A stretch of DNA of 64,000 bases from Sumerlaeia bacterium (GTDB lineage Bacteria; Sumerlaeota; Sumerlaeia; SLMS01; JAHLLQ01): the NCBI GenBank assembly GCA_040219255.1, contig JAVJSW010000049.1, forward strand, positions 58,067 to 122,066, written 5' to 3'. Shown here piece after piece: positions 9,642-18,739 of the stretch. The notes under the pieces were generated by a model that saw nothing but the letters and a program-made list of their open reading frames with translations, ran no database searches and was not told the origin of the DNA. The position numbers were made by a program, and so were the translations under genes. Each line of letters opens with the position of its first letter. Within the stretch, counting starts at the first letter, position 1.

Positions 9642-10574
9642 TCAATTCACGGGGAGGGGTTGGTCGAGGGTTTGGATGAGGGCGGTGATGTTTTCCAACT
9701 CTTCGATAGAATAGGCATGAACGATCAATTTTCGTTTTTCATCCAGCGCGGTGGCATCCACACTGTCGGGAGCCGAGATAGACAAAATGGCTCGAGCCAG
9801 GTCCGAAGGTTTCTCATGTTCAAGGCGGAAGACGCGGATCGGTCCTCCATGGACGCAGAATTGATGTCGTTGAAACCACATGTTCGTGGAAACATGATAT
9901 CCACGCTCCTCGCAACCTAACCACCTCCAATCATGTGGAGCGCACAAGGTGTCGAGGGCTCCTTGCAAGGTTTCCGTGGTCAGAACCAAATTCACATGGA
10001 CGTCGGCTTTTGCCAAGTGACCTATAGGACGAATGTCCGTTGCATAACGATTGGAAAGTATCTCGAGTACATCCCTCAACGGAACCTTTCGAAGGATCGT
10101 CAATTTCGATGCGATCTCCGGCGTCAACACACGTCCAGGGCCAGAACTCTCGTAGAGTGATTTCAATTCTTCCGGTGACGGTAGGTCGGCTGCCCCACTT
10201 CGCCGTCTGCTCTCAATCCACGTTCGATCGGAATAGAAGTATCCGCCATAGAAGTTCTTCTCCCAACTCCCATCGGTCTGGTCGGCGAGAAGAGACAGCA
10301 CGCTTTCGAGCGCGGGGGTCGTGAGCTGGTCCTCGGACTCGAGCGAGAAACTAACCGGCAGCGTCAACTCGACCAGTCCCGAAGGGCAGACGCTGATCCC
10401 AGATGCTTTCGATAGAATCGCCAAAGCCTCACGAACCGGCACATCACGATACACCGTCCGCGAAGTCACGGCTTCCTCTCTGATTGGCGAAGAGATCGCC
10501 CGACCCGCAGGCGCCCCGGCTAAAGCCAATGGCGCCAACGAAAGACAAAGGTAAAGTAGAGCTGGTCGGAACAT
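9642..10574 (-). CDS. Periplasmic protein built of secretin-N-terminal-like modules (STN-like + NolW-like), no secretin pore domain; putative secretin partner.
   Basis: Signal peptide MFRPALLYLCLSLAPLALAG. VPVREALAILSKASGISV (STN-like). IRVFRLEHEKPSDLARAILSI...LIVHAYSIEELENITALIQTLD (NolW-like alpha/beta module). The 3' two-thirds of the gene is noticeably lower in GC than the 5' third. Confidence 0.6.
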   Translation of the reverse strand: MFRPALLYLCLSLAPLALAGAPAGRAISSPIREEAVTSRTVYRDVPVREALAILSKASGISVCPSGLVELTLPVSFSLESEDQLTTPALESVLSLLADQTDGSWEKNFYGGYFYSDRTWIESRRRSGAADLPSPEELKSLYESSGPGRVLTPEIASKLTILRKVPLRDVLEILSNRYATDIRPIGHLAKADVHVNLVLTTETLQGALDTLCAPHDWRWLGCEERGYHVSTNMWFQRHQFCVHGGPIRVFRLEHEKPSDLARAILSISAPDSVDATALDEKRKLIVHAYSIEELENITALIQTLDQPLPVN

Positions 10575-10644
10575 CGGTCACGCTCGCGAAGAGGAGGTAT
10601 GCGGGAGTCCGGGAGGGCCAAACGCGGGCCAACTCCACCGCCCC

Positions 10645-11208
10645 CTACGACGGCGCCGCGGCCGCTTCCCCCACGTCCTCCTCCACCGCCAGATCCAACG
10701 CCTCCACCACCGGCTTCAGCCGCTGCAAAACCCGCCGCTCATCGTAGATCAGCAGGCGGTTGCCCTCCTCGTCCACGACGATGCGGCCGTGGGCGCGCGA
10801 GAGGTGCGGGGCGATGAGCGGAATCAGTTCGCTGGCGGGGCGGTGCTCGAGCTGGAGCACCATCGGCCGGGGGCGGTCGCCCAGCATTTCGCGGTCGTAA
10901 AACGCATGGTCGCAGAGGACGAAATCGCCTCCGTCCCGCCGGAACCACACCCATTCGTTTTTCGCCGCGATTTCCGAGAGGGCGTTCTCCAGCGTCGAAC
11001 TCGTCGCCCGCAGGCTCACCCGCGCCGCCGTCACTTCACCCTCCGCCACGATCCGTTCGCGAAAACCATAGCCCAACGCCGTCAGCACCACCGTGGCGGG
11101 CGCGTCATGGAACGCCAGCGTGATCGGCCGGCTCGTGGCGATGTCCGCCGAACCCGCGCACGCGGGCGACACAAGGAGGCTGAGAAGAGCAAGCACCACA
11201 TACCGCAT
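10645..11208 (-). CDS. Small periplasmic protein with secretin-N-domain-like fold (STN/NolW-like), first gene of the secretin operon.
   Basis: Signal peptide MRYVVLALLSLLVSPACAGSA. ITLAFHDAPATVVLTALG (STN-like). MVLQLEHRPASELIPLIAPHLS..GRIVVDEEGNRLLIYDERRVLQRLKPVVEALD (NolW-like). 70-nt gap to the next gene on the same strand. Confidence 0.55.
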   Translation of the reverse strand: MRYVVLALLSLLVSPACAGSADIATSRPITLAFHDAPATVVLTALGYGFRERIVAEGEVTAARVSLRATSSTLENALSEIAAKNEWVWFRRDGGDFVLCDHAFYDREMLGDRPRPMVLQLEHRPASELIPLIAPHLSRAHGRIVVDEEGNRLLIYDERRVLQRLKPVVEALDLAVEEDVGEAAAAPS

Positions 11209-11418
11209 GATTTCGAAAACCCCAGGTGGCCTGACTGCGGAGGGTGGCAGAAGTAGGCGTCGTCTTCAAGGGAAATGACTGACAAAACGCATTGGGAGTT
11301 ACAAACACGAGTTGCGAAATCATTGCTTTAGGATTTTTTTGACCATTCGATAAATGGCGAAAGGGATTGTGATACTCGTCCAAACCTGGAATCCTCCGCG
11401 TTTAAGACGACTCCCTGG

Positions 11419-13257
11419 GTGAAGGCCACGAGAATGAAGGGCGCCACGCTCTTACTTTCAACCCTATTTTTGATTGTGGGACGGATGAGCCTTTTCGCCG
11501 CCACCCCGCTCTTCCACGATGCCACCACCTCCCTCGGCATCACCCACAGCCACCAGTCCGAATCCATCCCCGGCGACCCCACCGCCAACGTCCAGTGGAT
11601 GACCGGCGGCGTCGCCGCCGAGGACTTCGACGGCGACGGCTGGATCGACCTGTACGTGCTCCAGGCGGCCGAGGCAGGCAAGAACCTCTACTATCGCAAC
11701 CGGGGCGATGGCGCCTTTGTCGAGGAAGGCCGCGCCCGGGGCGTGGATGTCGCTGGCCGCTCCTTTGGCGTGGTGGCCGGCGATTACGACAGCGACGGCG
11801 ACATCGACCTGTTCGTCAGTTTCTGGACCGCCCCCCACATGTTGCTCATCAACGATGGCCTCGGTCAGTTCCGGCGCCGCACCCTTTCCGGCCCGCAAGG
11901 CATCGAGCACTTCAACGTGATGAGCCCATCGTGGGGCGACATCGACAACGACGGCGACCTGGACCTGGCGCTGGGCCAATGGACCAGCCGCGAAACCGGC
12001 AACTTCTGGATCTACCGCAACCTTGGCGGGGGAGCCCTCGCCCCGCCCGCACCCCTGCGCGACTGGCAGACCACCCCCCAGTTCTACGTCTTCACCCCCC
12101 GCTTCGCCGACGTGAACAGCGATGGGTTCCAGGATCTCCTGCTGGCCTGCGATTTCGAAAACTCCCAGCTCTGGCTCAACGACGGCACTGGCGAGTTCAC
12201 CTACGCGGGCAAGGCCGCTGGCGTCGGCATTGACCAGAACGGCATGGGCGCCGACGTGGCCGACCACGACAACGATGGCGACCTGGATTGGTTCGTAACC
12301 AGCATTTTCGTCCAGAACAGCCGGTTCGGAAACCGCCTTTACCGCAACCGGGGCAATGGCACCTTCCTCGATGTCACCGAACCGGCTGGCGCGGCGGATG
12401 GGTCATGGGGCTGGGGGGCCAGTTTCGGCGACCTCGACCTCGACGGCGACCTCGACCTCTTCCACGTCAACGGCTGGTCCACCGAACGATTCCTCGGCGA
12501 CACCTGCCGCCTCTTCGTAAACCAGGGCAACGGGCGCTTCATCGAAGCCGCCGCCGCCGCCGGAGCCGCCGACCCGGGCCAGGGCCGGGGCATGGCCATG
12601 GCCGATTTCGACAACGATGGCGACCTGGATATCTATGTGGCGAACAGCTTCATCATGACGCGCGAGCGAGGCATTATGCATCCCGCCCCGCCCGCCCTGC
12701 TGCGCAACGACTCACTGACCAGCGGCACCTGGCTCAAGGTGCACCTCGAAGGCCGCGCCCCAGTCCATCGCCAGGGCGTCGGTTCGCGCGTGCGGGTTCG
12801 CACCGGGGCCAGGACTCAACTGCGGGAACTCCACGCCTCGTCGAACTTCCTGTCCTCCGGCCCGGGACGCATCGCCCACTTCGGGCTCAACGGCGAGATC
12901 GAAGCCGACGAGGTCCGCGCCGATTGGGTGGGCGGCGACACATCGATTTTCTACCGCGTGGCGGCCAATCAGGATCTTCTCATCGAGCAACCGGGCGCCG
13001 CACTTACCAGCCGCACCGTCCACGCTGGCACGCCCTTCGAAGCCACGTCCGGCAAGGCGGGCGATGGCCTCCTGCGAATGTGGACGGCGGCCGGCGAGAG
13101 CAAATCCGATCCCGCAACCTTCGTCTTTTCAGTCACCGGACCGGCCACCCTGACCCTCGAAACGCGCAGCCCCGACGGCGCCACGCTCCTGAGCCGCGAG
13201 ACCCTGCGGCTCACCGTCCTGCCGCCGGGCGACGGCGTGAAGTGGGTGGTGCGCTAA
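11419..13257 (+). CDS. FG-GAP repeat / ASPIC-UnbV (CRTAC1-family) secreted protein.
   Basis: Signal peptide. Repeated DxDGDGxxDLxV / DNDGDLD calcium-binding FG-GAP motifs at least 6 times. C-terminal UnbV_ASPIC signature RELHASSNFLSSGPGRIAHFGLNG. Confidence 0.85.
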   Translation: MKATRMKGATLLLSTLFLIVGRMSLFAATPLFHDATTSLGITHSHQSESIPGDPTANVQWMTGGVAAEDFDGDGWIDLYVLQAAEAGKNLYYRNRGDGAFVEEGRARGVDVAGRSFGVVAGDYDSDGDIDLFVSFWTAPHMLLINDGLGQFRRRTLSGPQGIEHFNVMSPSWGDIDNDGDLDLALGQWTSRETGNFWIYRNLGGGALAPPAPLRDWQTTPQFYVFTPRFADVNSDGFQDLLLACDFENSQLWLNDGTGEFTYAGKAAGVGIDQNGMGADVADHDNDGDLDWFVTSIFVQNSRFGNRLYRNRGNGTFLDVTEPAGAADGSWGWGASFGDLDLDGDLDLFHVNGWSTERFLGDTCRLFVNQGNGRFIEAAAAAGAADPGQGRGMAMADFDNDGDLDIYVANSFIMTRERGIMHPAPPALLRNDSLTSGTWLKVHLEGRAPVHRQGVGSRVRVRTGARTQLRELHASSNFLSSGPGRIAHFGLNGEIEADEVRADWVGGDTSIFYRVAANQDLLIEQPGAALTSRTVHAGTPFEATSGKAGDGLLRMWTAAGESKSDPATFVFSVTGPATLTLETRSPDGATLLSRETLRLTVLPPGDGVKWVVR

Positions 13258-13415
13258 GGCGAAAAGATATTGCTTGCGCTCGAAAGGGATCACGGGAATA
13301 GATTTTTCCTGATCAGCAAATTTACCAGATGAATTCATCAGGCCGCCTTTCTTCCAAGGGACGACCCTCATCCGAATTGCTCCCGGGGACATTGATTTCG
13401 CTCGAGAATGGCTCA

Positions 13416-14822
13416 ATGATGAAACTCTCGGTTTTTCTTTTCTCGCTCCTAATCTGTTCCGTCAGCACGAGTGGTCAGTCGCAACAGACTGCGGATTCAC
13501 AGGAATACGTTTTGTCTGTATTTGAAGCCCATTTGAGGGCGATGCTCGACTTGAGTTCTGTTCAGGGCTTCGGCACCTTTGAGACAATTCAGTATGGAAG
13601 GCCTACCGAGGTTGATCAAGGCGTTCTTGCCAGCCGGATGCGGGAGTACAAAGCGTCATTCTCTCAAGGCGTTCCTAGTTCGCAAGGCATGACGGATGAG
13701 CAGGCATACGCGCTGGCTCTTCATTCTTTTGAGAAACCGACAGAACGGATTCAAGCCCCCTTTACTTTAGCCAGGTATCACGATCAGTTCACAGTAACAT
13801 TTCGAAACTTGATCGTTCAGACTTCGAGTTACGGGGATAATGGCAATGTCACAACTCATGCTCAGCCAAAGCTCCAAGCCTTTTCGAGTCGAGGAGATTT
13901 GACTGTTCGATTTTCTGAAGGGTGGGAGGCCACGCGAGGGAAGAACACTGCGGAAATCGAAGAGACTGCCAATATCCCTTACGTCATGTTTTGGGGATTG
14001 GGCTCATTTCTCGATTCGCGTTTCCATGACATCAATACTACTGGCTTCCTGATTCATATGTCAAGACAGAATCCCTCCATCATTTCGGAAAGCCAACAAG
14101 CAATTGAAATCAGAATCGAGAATCCCGCAACTAAAGTCCCTGACATCTTTGTTTTTGATAAGAACAAGGACTTTGCTTTACTGGAGAGGCGGACATATCG
14201 AATGGGTTCGTCTGGCGAACCTTACTTGCATTCACATGATGTATACAGTGAGTATGTTTCATCGAATGGCCGATGGTGGCCCCGCTTGACCGAGCGAATT
14301 CGTTATCGCGACCCACAGCCAAATACCGACTCCGAAATTGACAGGAAAGAGCGGATCGCTTTCGACGAGATCGCCGTTGATGGTATCGTCGAGAAGGAGA
14401 AGTACGATTTCCTGATCCCTGCCAATACTCATTTTCAGGCTGGCTATGGTTTGAAAAACCAGGCCATCCTTGCGAAGTTGCCATACTTGCAGGAGTTTCC
14501 CGTTCATTTGTCAAGTATCGAAGAGAGCTTTCTTGACGCACCCGTTCCAGGTGTCAACGTCCACGACGATTTCAACTTGTCCGAGTCCGAAGCTCAGGAA
14601 GACATTCCAAGTCGTCAGCAAACAGCGATTTCGAAAAACCTGAGTCCCCCAGACGGTGAATCAAGCGATGTTCGAGAAGCTGAGCCGCGTGCAAACACAG
14701 CCACCGGGCGGACCTCTCAGTTTCCCAGGAATCTAATATATTTTAGCCTGGCCTTGACTGGTATCCTTGCGGCTGTCGCTGGGCTGGTAGCCCTGACCCG
14801 GCTAATCGCTACGAAACGGTAA
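13416..14822 (+). CDS. Hypothetical protein with N-terminal signal peptide and C-terminal transmembrane anchor (469 aa); low-GC island 2.
   Basis: ORF 13329..14822; Met30 begins MMKLSVFLFSLLICSVSTSG. C-terminus NLIYFSLALTGILAAVAGLVALTRLIATKR is a TM helix with a basic stop-transfer. GC is much lower than the flanks. No recognisable catalytic motif. Confidence 0.6.
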   Translation: MMKLSVFLFSLLICSVSTSGQSQQTADSQEYVLSVFEAHLRAMLDLSSVQGFGTFETIQYGRPTEVDQGVLASRMREYKASFSQGVPSSQGMTDEQAYALALHSFEKPTERIQAPFTLARYHDQFTVTFRNLIVQTSSYGDNGNVTTHAQPKLQAFSSRGDLTVRFSEGWEATRGKNTAEIEETANIPYVMFWGLGSFLDSRFHDINTTGFLIHMSRQNPSIISESQQAIEIRIENPATKVPDIFVFDKNKDFALLERRTYRMGSSGEPYLHSHDVYSEYVSSNGRWWPRLTERIRYRDPQPNTDSEIDRKERIAFDEIAVDGIVEKEKYDFLIPANTHFQAGYGLKNQAILAKLPYLQEFPVHLSSIEESFLDAPVPGVNVHDDFNLSESEAQEDIPSRQQTAISKNLSPPDGESSDVREAEPRANTATGRTSQFPRNLIYFSLALTGILAAVAGLVALTRLIATKR

Positions 14823-15102
14823 TCGGCAAGAGAAAGTCAATCTGACCGCTCTTGATCGATTGCTGTGAATTCATGTCTGTCGAGTGGGCCCTGGGCGTCA
14901 AAGATAGGAAGTGTTTCGAAAGGTCGGGAGGCAACGGCCATGCGGATCGTGGATGAAGCTCCTAACTCGATATTTCGCCTGAGAAGTTAGAATTAGGCCG
15001 GTTTTCCGAAACCGTCGACATCTTCAGATGAAGGTGTTAACTACCTCAAAGCTCGTCTGGGCAATCGGCTAGATCACAAGCTTTCTCGCGTATCTAGGCA
15101 GC

Positions 15103-17109
15103 CTACGCCAGCGACGCCACCGCGTCTTCCAACTCCTCCGCCTCCACCTGCGCCGTGACCCATCGCTCCTCGGTCTTTTCCAGGTCGCTGCGGATCTGCT
15201 CCAACTCGGCGGTCAGCCCGGCCAGCTTGGGCGCGTCCGTCGCCACCGCCGGATCCGCCATTTCGGTTTCCAGGTCGCGGCGCCGCTGCTCCAGGCGGGT
15301 CTGATTCTCTTCCAACTCCTGAAGCTCTTTCGAGATTTTCTTGAGCTGCTTTTGCAGGTCGTTGCGCTCGTTCCGGCGGAGCCGTTTCTCCTCGGCGGAC
15401 AGCTCCCGTTTGGGAGCTTCCATCTGCGCTGCGGAGCCGTTTGAGTTGGGTACGGAAAGCGCCGGTCCGGAGGAGACTTTCTGCGCTTTGCCTTCTTCCT
15501 GCAAAGCCTTCAGCGACAGGTACGTCTCGAAATCGCCGGGGTAATCGTGAAGCTGCCCGTCGCGCACCTCCACCACCCGCGTCGCCACGTTGTCCAGGAA
15601 GTACCGGTCGTGGCTCACGATGACTACCGCGCCGTCGTACTGGCGCAGCGCGTTCTCCAATGTCAGGCGGCTGCCGATGTCGAGGTGGTTGGTCGGTTCG
15701 TCGAGCAGCAGCAGGTTCGAAGACCCGCACAGCATCTTCGCCAGGCGCAGACGCGTTTTCTCGCCGCCGGAAAGCATCGCGATGGACTTCTGGACGTCGT
15801 CGCCGCGAAAGAGAAACGCGCCTAGAATGTCGCGCGACCGGTCGCTCACCGACAGGGGAGCGCTGCTCTGGAACTCGCCGAGTACCGTATTCGCCGGGTG
15901 CAGGTCCTCGTAGTCGTACTGGGCGAAGTATTCGAGCGAGACGTTGCTGCCGAGCGCCAACTTACCCGAATCGGGCTTCAGCTTGCCCGCCAGGAGCTTC
16001 ATGAACGTGGACTTGCCCGCGCCGTTCACGCCCACCAGGGCGACTTTCTCGCCGCGATAGAGGGTGAAGTCCACATGGTCGAGAACGTGGTTCCGGCCAA
16101 ACGCCTTGTCCACCTTCTCGACGGCCACCACTTCCTTGCCGCAGCGCGGGGCGCTCGGGAACTTGAACGCGATGGTGCCCTCCGCGTCCTCCGGCGGTTC
16201 GATCATCTCCAGCTTCTCGAGCTGCTTGACGCGGCTCTGCACCAGCGCCGCCTTGCTCGCCTGATAGCGGAAGCGGTCGATGAAGGCCTGCACGTGGGAA
16301 ATCGCCTGCTGCTGATTCTCGTAGGCGCGGCGCTGCATTTCCCGCATTTCGTCGCGCTTCGCCAGCGACTCGCTATAATTGCCGCGATAAATCACGGCGC
16401 GGCCACGCTCCAGCGCGATGGTCTTGTTCACCAGCTTGTCCATAAAGGCGCGCTCGTGGCTCACCATCAGGATCGAACCCTCGTGCTGCAGCAGCCAGTC
16501 GCCGAGCCACTCGATCGTTTCGATGTCCAGGTGGTTCGTCGGTTCGTCCAGCAGCAGGATGTCCGGGTTGCGCAGCAACAGCTTGCCCAGGGCGATGCGC
16601 ATCTGCCAGCCGCCGGAGAAATCCCGGCAGCGCTTCTGCAAATCCGCCGGTCCAAAGCCCAGCCCCGCGAGCACTTTGGCGATGTGCGAGTCCATACTGT
16701 GCACATCGCGGCGCATCGTTTCGTGCAGCAGATAATCGTAGCGCTCGGCGATCTTTTCGTATTCCGGACCGTGGTGATCGGTGATTTCCGTCATCCGATG
16801 TTCCAGCTCGCGCATCTCCGCCTCATAGGCCAGCGCTTCCTTGAACACCGTGCGGCACTCTTCTTCGACTGTGTTGGGCGTATCCAGGGTCAGTTCCTGG
16901 GGCAGGTAGCCGATTTCGTTGCCCTTGCCGGTGGAGACGTTGCCCGTCTCCGGCTTCAGGATCCCGGCGACGATTTTGATCAGGGTGGATTTCCCGGCCC
17001 CGTTGGGGCCGACGATGGCGCAGCGCTCGCCGTCCTCGACGCGAAAGCTGGCGTCTCGGAGGATGTGGCGGGCGGCAAAGTGGAGGTTGACGTTAATGAC
17101 TTCGAACAT
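15103..17109 (-). CDS. ABC-F family ATPase (Uup/YheS-like, two ABC cassettes plus C-terminal coiled coil).
   Basis: Two Walker A motifs (GPNGAGKST, GVNGAGKST). Two ABC signatures (FSGGWQMR, LSGGEKTR). Two Walker B motifs (LLLDEPTNHLD twice). No TM domain. K/E/R-rich coiled-coil tail. Confidence 0.9.
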   Translation of the reverse strand: MFEVINVNLHFAARHILRDASFRVEDGERCAIVGPNGAGKSTLIKIVAGILKPETGNVSTGKGNEIGYLPQELTLDTPNTVEEECRTVFKEALAYEAEMRELEHRMTEITDHHGPEYEKIAERYDYLLHETMRRDVHSMDSHIAKVLAGLGFGPADLQKRCRDFSGGWQMRIALGKLLLRNPDILLLDEPTNHLDIETIEWLGDWLLQHEGSILMVSHERAFMDKLVNKTIALERGRAVIYRGNYSESLAKRDEMREMQRRAYENQQQAISHVQAFIDRFRYQASKAALVQSRVKQLEKLEMIEPPEDAEGTIAFKFPSAPRCGKEVVAVEKVDKAFGRNHVLDHVDFTLYRGEKVALVGVNGAGKSTFMKLLAGKLKPDSGKLALGSNVSLEYFAQYDYEDLHPANTVLGEFQSSAPLSVSDRSRDILGAFLFRGDDVQKSIAMLSGGEKTRLRLAKMLCGSSNLLLLDEPTNHLDIGSRLTLENALRQYDGAVVIVSHDRYFLDNVATRVVEVRDGQLHDYPGDFETYLSLKALQEEGKAQKVSSGPALSVPNSNGSAAQMEAPKRELSAEEKRLRRNERNDLQKQLKKISKELQELEENQTRLEQRRRDLETEMADPAVATDAPKLAGLTAELEQIRSDLEKTEERWVTAQVEAEELEDAVASLA

Positions 17110-17335
17110 AGCGGCGGGACACTAGGCAGAGGGGGGCTGTCCAGGCAACGGGCAAAGTGGAGTCTTTCTGTGGTTTTTCTCGGTCGCCGCGAAAGCGTTC
17201 TCAGCGCCTTTGAATACCGCCCCCACCAGGGCGGTAGGGGCTGCGGCTTTGCCAAGCCCGACTGAAGGATTGCGCCCCGCTTCGCCGCGTGCCAATTCCT
17301 TGTCCCATCCCGCCGAGGAAGGAGCCCGCCGCGCC

Positions 17336-17902
17336 GTGGCTGATTCCGCTAAAGTCTTCGCGATCGAACGACCGCACGTGAACCTCATCAAGCTCTACAT
17401 TCTGCGGTCCTGCATCCTGCCGCCGTTGAGTTTCATCGGCTTGCCGCTGCTCTATTTCCGCTACCACACCATGCGCTATCGTTTCGACGACGAGGGCATC
17501 GGCATGAAGTGGGGCATCCTGTTCCGCCGCGAGGTCAACCTGACCTACGCCCGTATCCAGGACATCCACATCACCGCCGGGCCCGTGCAGCGCTGGCTCG
17601 GCCTCGCCGACATCCACATCCAGACCGCCTCCGGCAGCGCGGCGGCGGAAATGACCATCGAGGGCCTGCAGGAGTTCGAGGAAATCCGCGACTTCCTCTA
17701 TGAGAAAATGCGCGGCGTGAAGGACGAGAAGAAAGCCCGCGCCGCCGGGGAGCTGCCCGGGGCGGCGGCAGGAGCGGCCGCGGCGCCGGGGATGTCTCCG
17801 GCCGAGAGTACCCAGCTCGTCACGGCACTCGCTGAAGTCCGCGACGAACTGCGCGGAGCCCGCGCGGCGCTCGAGCGCCTCGCCCCTGGCGGGGAGGGAT
17901 AA
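17336..17902 (+). CDS. bPH_2 (YdbS/YdbT-like bacterial PH domain) membrane protein.
   Basis: ORF 17210..17902. The N-terminal 42 aa of the ATG-initiated frame are low-complexity, so a GTG start at 17336 (VADSAKVFAIERPHVNLIKLYILRS...) is more plausible; the true start is uncertain. TM hairpin then PH-like YFRYHTMRYRFDDEGIGMKWGILFRREVNLTYARIQDIHITAGPVQRWLGLADIHIQTAS. Confidence 0.6.
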   Translation: MADSAKVFAIERPHVNLIKLYILRSCILPPLSFIGLPLLYFRYHTMRYRFDDEGIGMKWGILFRREVNLTYARIQDIHITAGPVQRWLGLADIHIQTASGSAAAEMTIEGLQEFEEIRDFLYEKMRGVKDEKKARAAGELPGAAAGAAAAPGMSPAESTQLVTALAEVRDELRGARAALERLAPGGEG

Positions 17903-17905
17903 GCC

Positions 17906-18739
17906 ATGTACAGTCTCCTCAAAGCCCCCATCCTGAAAATCCTCAAGGTTCCGCCCGAGCCCGAGGACCCCTTTGGCAACAGCCGCAGCCTGAAAGTCTT
18001 TCGCGCCGCGGAAGGCTATTTCCACTACAAACTCATCACCTTCCTCATCGGACAGCTTTTCGCCTTCATCGGCCTCGTGGTCGGTGTCGTGATTTTCTTC
18101 ATCGCGGTGTCCTCGGAAATCCAGGACCCGACTCTGCGCACGATCGTTCTCGTGATCGAGGTCGGCGCCGTCCTGTTCTTTTTCCTCCAGTTGCTCTTGA
18201 ATCTGGCGTTGCTTCGGCTCGAATACGAACTGCGCTGGTATAAGATCACGGACCGCAGTTTGCGTATCCGCGAGGGCGTCTGGAGCGTGCGGGAAATGAC
18301 CATGTCCTTCGCCAACATCCAAAACATCTCGATCAGCCAGGGGCCGCTCCAGCGGCTCTTCAAGATCGCCGACCTCAAGGTCCAAAGCGCCGGCGGCGGC
18401 GGCGTGGTGGAAGCCCAGCAGGCCCAGCAGTCGGGCGCCGTGAACATGCACCTCGGCTATTTCCGCGGCGTGGACAACGCCGAGGAAATCCGCGACCTGA
18501 TGCGCGAGCGCCTGCGCCGCCTGCGCGACTCCGGCCTGGGCGATCATGACGAATCGGCCGACGAAGTCCCCGCGGATGTGACGCCCCCCACGCAGCCATC
18601 GCTCCAGATGCTCGACGGCACGGATTGGCAGGGACTCCTGGCGGACCTGCGCGGCGAGGCCAAAGCCTTCCGCGCCGCCGCCGAGCGCCTCTCCTCCGCA
18701 CCGCGACAATCCAACGGCGGGACAACCGAAACCTCTTGA
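17906..18739 (+). CDS. bPH_2 (YdbT-like) membrane protein, second of the pair.
   Basis: Starts 4 nt after the previous stop. TM segments (LITFLIGQLFAFIGLVVGVVIFFIAV), then YKITDRSLRIREGVWSVREMTMSFANIQNISISQGPLQRLFKIADLKVQSAGG (bPH_2 pattern). Confidence 0.7.
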   Translation: MYSLLKAPILKILKVPPEPEDPFGNSRSLKVFRAAEGYFHYKLITFLIGQLFAFIGLVVGVVIFFIAVSSEIQDPTLRTIVLVIEVGAVLFFFLQLLLNLALLRLEYELRWYKITDRSLRIREGVWSVREMTMSFANIQNISISQGPLQRLFKIADLKVQSAGGGGVVEAQQAQQSGAVNMHLGYFRGVDNAEEIRDLMRERLRRLRDSGLGDHDESADEVPADVTPPTQPSLQMLDGTDWQGLLADLRGEAKAFRAAAERLSSAPRQSNGGTTETS

